Source of the DNA: Macrostomum hystrix
Lineage: Eukaryota; Animalia; Platyhelminthes
DNA length: 64,000 nucleotides
Direction: 5' to 3'
NCBI GenBank assembly: GCA_950097015.1
Contig: CATNEN010000034.1
Span: forward strand, 5,084,001-5,148,000
In this document: piece by piece, positions 24,401-33,643 of the stretch
How the letters are laid out: the number at the start of each line of letters is the position of its first letter
How positions within the stretch are numbered: the stretch's first letter is position 1
Notes under the pieces: generated by a model
The model's input: only the letters and a program-made list of their open reading frames with translations
The model's database searches: none
What the model was told of the DNA's origin: nothing
Translations under genes and position numbers: made by a program

Positions 24401-27400
24401 ACAAAAAACCCACAAGTTGTCACCAGCTCTAGTTTTCCCTTTTAATTAATTATTTTTTTAATAATTAATAATTAATAATTAATAATTAATTAATAATTAA
24501 TAATTAATAATTAATAATTAATAATTAATTAATTAATAATTAATAATAATTAATAATTAAGAGCTTCGATTGGTTTTTTATTTTAAGTCACATGATTCAC
24601 ATACCAAATGATGCGCTTCAGTTGTGAGAATAAGTTGAGAGTGGAGAGGTTGAATCAGTTGAGAATCAGTTGAGAGGTTGTAGCATTGTGGTTAGGGCGT
24701 CGGACTCACGACTTGAAGGTCGGGGGGTTCGATTCCTGACTCCACTGGAATAATTTTTGTCCTTTAGCAAGACACTTAACTCTACATTGCTTCAGTTCAC
24801 CCAGCTGTTAAATGGGTACCAGCATTAGCTGGGATAATTGAAGGTGGGTGTGGCGTCCCCCCAGTCCATGGACTGAACAGCCGTACGCAGCCTTCAGATG
24901 CGCCGCGCAATTAGCTGCGGCTGTGCTGTCGGCTGCACATCTGGCCCAATCGGACAAGTGTAATCAATTATTATTATTATTATATTCTCAGACAATTTTT
25001 ATAGAAATAAGAAAGTGCTTGTTTTTATCGCATCTTGTCTCTGTAGATTATTTGTCTATGGCCCAATCCGTATTCCCGCATATATCACATCATAAATCAG
25101 TGGTTAGTAAACTTCGCACTTCTGATTGAGAGGTTTCCGGGCTTTAGAAATGTTTGGTGAACTCTCTGCTAAGCAACCTGGGGATTTGTGTGCTCTATGC
25201 TTGCACTGGGACAGACAGTAAAAGGCCAATTATTCTCTGCTTTAGCATTCGAATGTGACACACCCGAAGTTTGCTCAATAATCTATCGGTCGATTCGAGG
25301 CGTGACAATATGGTTAGTTGGGTTCATTGTGTCCGCATGTCTTTTTTCAATACCTCCTGCACGGCCCCCCGCGGTGCTCAACAGGGCCCGCGCCTCCATC
25401 TGTTAATCGAACTCATCCCAGGGCTCGAGTCTATGGCTGGGATACTTTCCCAAATTCTATTACTCAAAGACTTTCCTACAGAGCATTGAGGGTCTTTTGG
25501 AGGACTCAAAGCGAAACAGGAGATCTCGGAGGCAAACAAGCCGGCTGTCAAAGCGATCATGGAAGTCCCAGCCCTCCCCTCAGCCCCGACTTCTTCAACC
25601 TCAAGCGCCGTTGTTTGAGAAGGCGCTGGGGTTGAGAAAGAAACGAAAACCAATTCAAAATCCACCCCCACTCCTCAAAATGGCCGGCCCCACCTTCTCT
25701 GCTTAGCGGAAGAATTTCACCTTTCCCCCCCATTGCTCGAGTTCATCAACCCCAGAGCAAACATGAGCACAGCTGGGGGGCAGTTTTTCGGCTTTCCCTT
25801 ACAGAAAATTTCCTTCTCAAAAACCTGTCTTGAAACTGTCTGAGTATATACTCGTAGTTATAGGAGAATTTGTGTCTGGAGCCACATCCGAAAGATGGGC
25901 GTGACTAGCTTTGGGACAATGCGACACAATAAGGCCGATTCTGTCAGTCGGAATGACTATCCAAGTTAGGTTTCATGTTTACACTTTCATTATCGTCATT
26001 CTGCCTTAGACTCCGTCTATCCTTCTCCGTATATCCTTCTCATTCTATCCTTCTCGTTCTATCCTTCTCATTCTATCCTTCTCGTTCTATACTTCTCATT
26101 CTATCCTTCTCGTTCTATCCTTCTCATTCTATCCTTCTCGTTCTATACTTCTCATTCATATCCTTCTCATTCTATCCTTCTCATTCTATCCTTCTCATTC
26201 TACCCTTCTCATTCTATCCTTCTCATTCTATCCTTCTCATTCTACCCTTCTCATTCTATCCTTCTCATTCTATCCTTCTCATTCTACCCTTCTCATTCTA
26301 TCCTTCTCATTCTATACTTCTCCTTCTATCCTTCTCATTCTATCCTTCTCACTCTACCCTTCTCGTTCTATACTTCTCAATCTATCCTTCTAACCCTATC
26401 AATTTCATTAAAGACTTCTCACTCACAGGAATATAGAGATGCTGCAGCTGCTGCTGCTGTTGCTGACTGCTGTTTTCGCTGAGGAATTAAGTCCTATCCT
26501 ATAAGTTGTAGAGATATAGGATTGGGAAATAAATTCACGAGAACAGCAGCTGAGACAGTTCCCATGCTTTCTGAGTGCAACAAAGTGGCGCAAAACTCAA
26601 AAGCGAACTTGTGTTGGATCCACAGTTTTATTGGAAGAATAGGATCTTATCCTAGCCCATCAATTCCCAGGATATCTGATACAGCACTTCAGGCCCACTT
26701 CCAACAAATAGCATATTATCCCTTTGCTCACAGGCAAGACAAAGGGATTCCCAACAGCCCTCGGCTTCTTATTTAAGTTATGAGTTATGAAATTTTGGCC
26801 TCATTATACTGTTGCTTTGCCTGCAAATCTTGTTCTTCTTTTATATTGGAGAAACTGTTCTGCAGGTGAAAAAATGATGAAAACTGGGATCTTGAGTTGG
26901 GGGAGTCCAACATATAGCGGGATCCCATGCTGGGTTAGCGACTGCGGGGGTTCACGGCTTGTCCCAATGAAGCTTTTGTACATTTCAAGCATTTCTCTAC
27001 TGGTTTTTTCATCCCCGATGAGCGACAACTTGATGAAAAGAGGCTTAGGGAGTTAATCCAACCTTTGCCTCATTGTATTGCAGCAGAATTCAAAGACAAT
27101 TGCAAGTCAGCCAGTTCCCTAAACCCTGGTTTAGGATAAGAGAAAAGAAATTCAACAAATATTTCTATTCTCTCCATTGTTGCGCATGGTTGAACAGAAC
27201 TGACAGGTTTTATTGATGACGAAAAAATTGTCATTTACGAGGATAGAAGACAAAATGGGTTCGTTTGAAAATTTTTCAATAATAAATTTCTTGGGATTAC
27301 AAAGTTTATCGCATGATCCCCATATTAGACGACTTTGGCTTTTTAAACTCAAGCGACAGTTTTCAGAGAGCGACTCTCTACTCCCTAACCCCTCTACCCG

Positions 27401-29238
27401 TGGAGACACACTCGAGAATAGATTGAAGAGCTACTTAATGTCGCGCAAGTCGTGACCTTCTGGACCTTTTTCCAAACGGGGCTCCAAATACATTGGGATA
27501 TTGGCCGCGGCCTTAGTCCGTTGAATTCCGCCCAGCTCAATTCAATTTTTTCGCTGCGACTTGACTATGTGTGGGTTGGTTGGGCCAAAAGCGGTCTTTG
27601 TCCGAGTTGGGTTGGTAACTTGAGCCATCTAGACTCGAGTTACCATGGGGGGAATGTCAAACTTTAGGGGAGGGGTGGGTTAAAGAGTCGTAGATACGAG
27701 TATGAGCTCTGAGCTCTGGCTTGCCGCCTTCAAATGGAGGAATTTTATTCCCTGGTTCATGATCAGCCGTGAGAAATATCTAGTTAGTTGCTACGAAGTT
27801 TTTCGATCAGTCAAGAACTTATTCTATTAAAAAAGGTGGCGATTTTTTTTATCAATGAGCGACAAGCACGGTAGCAATTGACTTCTTGTTAGCTGACTAT
27901 TAATCATATAGGTCACAAATCTGATCTAAGGAGAAAATTTGATTCCTCATCTCATTCCTTATCTCAACTCTCACTCTGCCTCTCTCAGCTGTCACTCTGC
28001 CCCTCTCTCCTGTCACTCTGCCTCTCTCACCTGTCCACTCTGCCTCTCTCACCTGTCACTCTACCTTTCTTAACTGTCTCTCTGCCTCTCTCACCTGTCA
28101 CTCTGCCTCTCTCACCTGTCACTCTGCCTCTCTCACCTGTCACTCTGCCTCTCTCACCTGTCACTCTACCTTTCATAACTGTCTCTCTGCCTCTCTCACC
28201 TGTCACTCTGCCTCTCTCACCTGTCACTCTGCCTCTCTCACCTGTCACTCTGCCTCTCTCACCTGTCACTCTGCCCCTCTCACCTGTCACTCTGCCTCTC
28301 TCACCTGTCACTCTGCCTCTCTCAGCTGTCACTCTACCTTTCTTAACTGTCTCTCTGCCTCTCTCACCTGTCACTCTGCCTCTCTCACCTGTCACTCTGC
28401 CCTTCTCACCTGTCCACTCTGCCTCTCTCACCTGTCACTCTACCTTTCATAACTGTCTCTCTGCCTCTCTCACCTGCCACTCTGCCTCTCTCACCTGTCC
28501 ACTCTGCCTCTCTCACCTGTCACTCTGCCTCTCTCACCTGTCCACTCTGCCTCTCTCACCTGTCCACTCTGCCTCTCTCACCTGTCACTCTGCCTCTCTC
28601 ACCTGTCCACTCTGCCTCTCTCACCTGTCACTCTGCCTCTCTCAGCTGTCACTCTGCCTCTCTCAGCTGTCACTCTGCCTCTCTCAGCTGTCGCTCTACC
28701 TATTCTCCCGCCACTCTACTGGGAAGTAACAATGGTAACGGAACATGAATTTCTCATTAAAAAAAAACAAAAATTTTATTTTCCATTCGCAGCGACTTTC
28801 GACTCCAACTATAACGGAATGAACGGCGCGCGCTCAGGGGGCGGCGCCGGTGGCGGCGGCAGCGGCGGTGAGGGCGCACCCGGACCCTTTGGCCCATTCA
28901 CTGCGCACAGCCTCGGCTGGTACGAGGACGCCAGATATGGTTACCATGGCAACAATTCTGACCAGCATCCGCCTGGCACAATGTGCGCCAAATTGTGGAT
29001 CCCGGAGGTCGGCTTAGAAGACGGACGAAGCGGCGGCTGCGGTGGTGGTTCGGCCAAGTTGCTGATCAAACAGGAGGGTAGTCCCTCTGGCGCCGGCATC
29101 ATTTTGGCGAGCGAACCCCGGACCTTTCAGCAGCCCAGTCTGAGCGAAGTGGCTAGCCAGTCGATGCACTTTGAGTCGCACCTGTCCCAGAGAATTGCTT
29201 CCTCGTCAGTCGGTTGCGAGGGAGTTTCAAGAATATGA
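18454..29238 (+). CDS. ptf1a: Pancreas transcription factor 1a / Fer1-type bHLH, join(18454..18907,22765..22959,28793..29238)
   Basis: Spliced bHLH reads [56 protein letters not shown], nearly identical to PTF1A. Exon 3 has HSLGW and LWIPE (PTF1A HSLSW and VWTPE motifs). Both introns are GTGAG...CAG, phase 1/1, frame preserved. AATAAA at 29556-29561. Confidence 0.93.
19205..19662. repeat. About 20-bp CT-rich minisatellite CTCTACCACTCTACTTCTTC (ptf1a intron 1)
   Basis: Read directly. Confidence 0.9.
20155..20650. repeat. 32-bp minisatellite GTAGAAGTAGAGTGTTCTAGAGATGGTAGACA (ptf1a intron 1)
   Basis: Read directly. Confidence 0.95.
21283..21760. repeat. 24-bp minisatellite CACTCTACCTGTCACTCTTCTAGT (ptf1a intron 1)
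   Basis: Read directly. Confidence 0.95.
23115..23465. repeat. 16-bp minisatellite GAGATTGGGATATTTT (ptf1a intron 2)
   Basis: Read directly. Confidence 0.95.
24440..24560. repeat. Pure A/T microsatellite (TAATTAA)n
   Basis: Read directly. Confidence 0.9.
24675..24982 (+). mobile_element. tRNA-derived SINE, copy 1 (CORE-like central domain, (ATT)n tail), in ptf1a intron 2
   Basis: A-box-like TAGCATTGTGGTTAG, B-box GGTTCGATTCC, central CCTTTAGCAAGACACTTAACTCT...CCCAGCTGTTAAATGGG resembling the MIR/CORE consensus, ATT tail; collinear second copy near 58993. Confidence 0.85.
26015..26395. repeat. 14-bp minisatellite CATTCTATCCTTCT (ptf1a intron 2)
   Basis: Read directly. Confidence 0.9.
27960..28700. 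repeat. 21-bp minisatellite CCTCTCTCACCTGTCACTCTG (ptf1a intron 2)
   Basis: Read directly. Confidence 0.95.
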
Positions 29239-29634
29239 GCTGGAAAATTGTGAATACCATAAAAATCTGTTTTACATTCAACTAGATCTCCCGTTTAGAA
29301 ATCAACCATGCCAATAATCATGTCGAAATTGTCTGTTAGAACCTATTTAAAATACAGTTTTTTTATTCCAGACCTCGCTTGTGTAATCTGTATCTAACTT
29401 TTCTGCCTAAATTATTGTTGGTTTTGGGATAAATAATTATCAAAATCAACTTTCTTATCGTCTTTGTTTCTACACTTCAATATCGTTTTGCACTAAGCAT
29501 TGCTATACTTGCTCGCTTATAAATTGTGGCTTGTTTTTATGTAGCTGGAGGAATGAATAAATACGCTGTTTATGATTCACTGAAGCTTTTGAATATTTAC
29601 AACTTTTGGAGTTTAACATTTCTGCCTGCCAAAT

Positions 29635-32600
29635 TCACACAGTGAACTAAATCTGAGCTCTGAATTCTACCATCAATCAATGATAGAGTGAACCAAATCT
29701 GAGCTCTGAATTCCACCATCAATGATAGAGTGAACCAAATCTGAGCTCTGAATTCCACCATCAATGATAGAGTGAACCAAATCTGAGCTCTGAATTCCAC
29801 CATCAATGATAGAGTGAACCAAATCTGAGCTCTGAATTCTACCATCAATCAATGATAGAGTGAACTAAATCTGAGCTCTGAATTCCACCATCAATGATAG
29901 AGTGAACTAAATCTGAGCTCTGAATTCCACCATCACTGATAGAGTGAACCAAATCTGAGCTCTGAATTCCACCATCAATGATAGAGTGAACTAAATCTGA
30001 GCTCTGAATTCCACCATCACTGATAGAGTGAACCAAATCTGAGCTCTGAATTCCACCATCAATGATAGAGTGAACCAAATCTGAGCTCTGAATTCCACCA
30101 TCAATGATAGAGTGAACCAAATCTGAGCTCTGAATTCTACCATCAATGATAGAGTGAACTAAATCTGAGCTCTGAATTCCACCATCAATGATAGAGTAAA
30201 CCAAATCTGAGCTCTGAATTCTACCATCAATCAATGATAGAGTGAACCAAATCTGAGCTCTGAATTCCACCATCAATGATAGAGTGAACCAAATCTGAGC
30301 TCTGAATTCCACCATCAATGATAGAGTGAACCAAATCTGAGCTCTGAATTCTACCATCAATCAATGATAGAGTGAACCAAATCTGAGCTCTGAATTCTAC
30401 CATCAATCAATGATAGAGTGAACTAAATCTGAGCTCTGAATTCCACCATCAATGATAGAGTGAACTAAATCTGAGCTCTGAATTCCACCATCAATGATAG
30501 AGTGAACCAAATCTGAGCTCTGAATTCCACCATCAATGATAGAGTGAACTAAATCTGAGCTCTGAATTCCACCATCAATGATAGAGTGAACTAAATCTGA
30601 GCTCTGAATTCTACCATCAATGATAGAGTGAACTAAATCTGAGCTCTGAATTCTACCATCAATGATAGAGTGAACTAAATCTGAGCTCTGAATTCCACCA
30701 TCAATAATAGAGTGAACTAAATCTGAGCTCTGAATTCCACCATCAATGATAGAGTGAACTAAATCTGAGCTCTGAATTCCACCATCAATGATAGAGTGAA
30801 CTAAATCTGAGCTCTGAATTCCACCATCAATGATAGAGTGAACTAAATCTGAGCTCTGAATTCCACCATCAATGATAGAGTGAACCAAATCTGAGCTCTG
30901 AATTCTACCATCAATGATAGAGTGAACTAAATCTGAGCTCTGAATTCTACCATCAATCAATGATAGAGTGAACTAAATCTGAGCTCCGAATTCTACCATC
31001 AATGACAGAGTGAACCAAATCTGAGCTCTGAATTCTACCATCAATGATAGAGTGAACTAAATCTGAGCTCTGAATTCCACCATCAATGATAGAGTGAACC
31101 AAATCTGAGCTCTGAATTCTACCATCAATCAATGATAGAGTGAACTAAATCTGAGCTCCGAATTCTACCATCAATCAATGATAGAGTGAACTAAATCTGA
31201 GCTCTGAATTCTACCATCAATCAATGATAGAGTGAACCAAATCTGAGCTCTGAATTCTACCATCAATGATAGAGTGAATTAAATCTGAGCTCTGAATTCC
31301 ACCATCAATGATAGAGTGAACTAAATCTGAGCTCTGAATTCCACCATCAATGATAGAGTGAACCAAATCTGAGCTCTGAATTCCACCATCAATGATAGAG
31401 TGAACTAAATCTGAGCTCTGAATTCCACCATCAATGATAGAGTGAACTAAATCTGAGCTCTGAATTCTACCATCAATGATAGAGTGAACCAAATCTGAGC
31501 TCTGAATTCTACCATCAATCAATGATAGAGTGAACTAAATCTGAGCTCTGAATTCTACCATCAATCAATGATAGAGTGAACTAAATCTGAGCTCTGAATT
31601 CCACCATCAATCAATGATAGAGTGAACTAAATCTGAGCTCTGAATTCTACCATCAATGATAGAGTGAACTAAATCTGAGCTCTGAATTCCACCATCAATG
31701 ATAGAGTGAACCAAATCTGAGCTCCGAATTCTACCATCAATGATAGAGTGAACTAAATCTGAGCTCTGAATTCCACCATCAATGATAGAGTGAACTAAAT
31801 CTGAGCTCTGAATTCCACCATCAATGATAGAGTGAACTAAATCTGAGCTCTGAATTCCACCATCAATGATAGAGTGAACCAAATCTGAGCTCCGAATTCT
31901 ACCATCAATGATAGAGTGAACTAAATCTGAGCTCTGAATTCCACCATCAATGATAGAGTGAACTAAATCTGAGCTCTGAATTCCACCATCAATGATAGAG
32001 TGAACTAAATCTGAGCTCTGAATTCTACCATCAATGATAGAGTGAACTAAATCTGAGCTCTGAATTCTACCATCAATCAATGATAGAGTGAACTAAATCT
32101 GAGCTCCGAATTCTACCATCAATGATAGAGTGAACTAAATCTGAGCTCTGAATTCCACCATCAATGATAGAGTGAACTAAATCTGAGCTCTGAATTCTAC
32201 CATCAATCAATGATAGAGTGAACTAAATCTGAACTCTGAATTCCACCATCAATGATAGAGTGAACCAAATCTGAGCTCTGAATTCCACCATCAATGATAG
32301 AGTGAACTAAATCTGAGCTCTGAATTCTACCATCAATGATAGAGTGAACTAAATCTGAGCTCTGAATTCCACCATCAATGATAGAGTGAACCAAATCTGA
32401 GCTCCGAATTCTACCATCAATGATAGAGTGAACTAAATCTGAGCTCTGAATTCCACCATCAATGATAGAGTGAACTAAATCTGAGCTCTGAATTCCACCA
32501 TCAATGATAGAGTGAACTAAATCTGAGCTCTGAATTCCACCATCAATGATAGAGTGAACCAAATCTGAGCTCCGAATTCTACCATCAATGATAGAGTGAA

Positions 32601-32695
32601 CTAAATCTGAGCTCTGAATTCCACCATCAATGATAGAGTGAACTAAATCTGAGCTCTGAATTCTACCATCAATCAATGATAGAGTGAACTAAATT
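29635..32695. repeat. 42-bp satellite AATGATAGAGTGAACYAAATCTGAGCTCTGAATTCYACCATC (46-bp variant with +AATC), about 3 kb, between the ptf1a and clca 3' ends
   Basis: Read directly; 14-aa periodicity in the ORF track. Confidence 0.97.
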
Positions 32696-32954
32696 TAGAT
32701 TGCTTAAAAAGTAAAAAATTATGTGCACCCACAAGATACTACTCGTACGAGCTGACCAATAGTTATACTGCAAGCTGAAATGATCTGAAATACTCTTAGA
32801 TACAAAAAATTAGCTCGTAACTCGATATCTTTCACTCGTACATTCCAGAAATTTCTTAATCCAGAATCAGAAATATCCTAAAAATGGAATCAATCGATTG
32901 TAAAAAATGACGTGAAAGTTAAATTGAGTTCGTAATTTTACACTAAAGAGCTTA

Positions 32955-33505
32955 ACATTCCGGATAGCTGATGTACATTTAAGGAGCTTAGATTTCCGGA
33001 TAGCGGATGTACATTTAAGGAGCTTAGATTTCCGGATAGCTGATGTACATTTAAGGAGCTTAGATTTCCGGATAGCGGATGTACATTTAGGAGCTTAGAT
33101 TTCCGGATAGCGGATGTACATTTAAGGAGCTTAGATTTCCGGATAGCTGATGTACATTTAAGGAGCTTAGATTTCCGGATAGCTGATGTACATTTAAGGA
33201 GCTTAGATTTCCGGTAGCGGATGTACATTTAAGGAGCTTAGATTTCCGGATAGCTGATGTACATTTAAGGAGCTTAGATTTCCGGATAGCGGATGTACAT
33301 TTAAGGAGCTTAGATTTCCGGATAGCGGATGTACATTTAAGGAGCTTAGATTTCCGGATAGCTGATGTACATTTAAGGAGCTTAGATTTCCGGATAGCTC
33401 CTTAATTTAATGTACATCCGTACATTTAAGGAGCTTAGATTTCCGGATAGCGGATGTACATTTAAGAGCCTAGAATTCCGCAAAGCTGATGTACATTCAA
33501 GGAGC
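32955..33505. repeat. 36-bp minisatellite GGATAGCKGATGTACATTTAAGGAGCTTAGATTTCC
   Basis: Read directly; contains a local inversion at about 33396-33424. Confidence 0.95.
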
Positions 33506-33643
33506 TTAAATGTACATATAAGAGTTTAAAATAATTTAGTAAAAAGGCTTTAAAACGTGCTTAGTTATAGTTTGTATTCTAGTCTCCATATCCTAATGAC
33601 TTTCAGTTTCAGTGAAATTTCTGGCCCCCCCCAATAAGTATGC

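Noticed and set aside
24680-24750. tRNA gene
   Set aside because: A/B boxes are present but acceptor and anticodon stems are poor, and the sequence continues into a body shared with the copy at 58993, so it is a SINE head.
24845-24960. HDV-like ribozyme in the SINE tail
   Set aside because: A P1-like pairing (GTGGCGT/GCGCCGC) can be drawn, but I could not place the P1.1 CC/GG pairs, the J4/2 catalytic C-A or P2. A simple long hairpin fits better.
29635-32695. CRISPR-like regular array (also 41770-43520 and 32955-33505)
   Set aside because: Units are head-to-tail with no unique spacers, there are no cas genes, and the context is eukaryotic.
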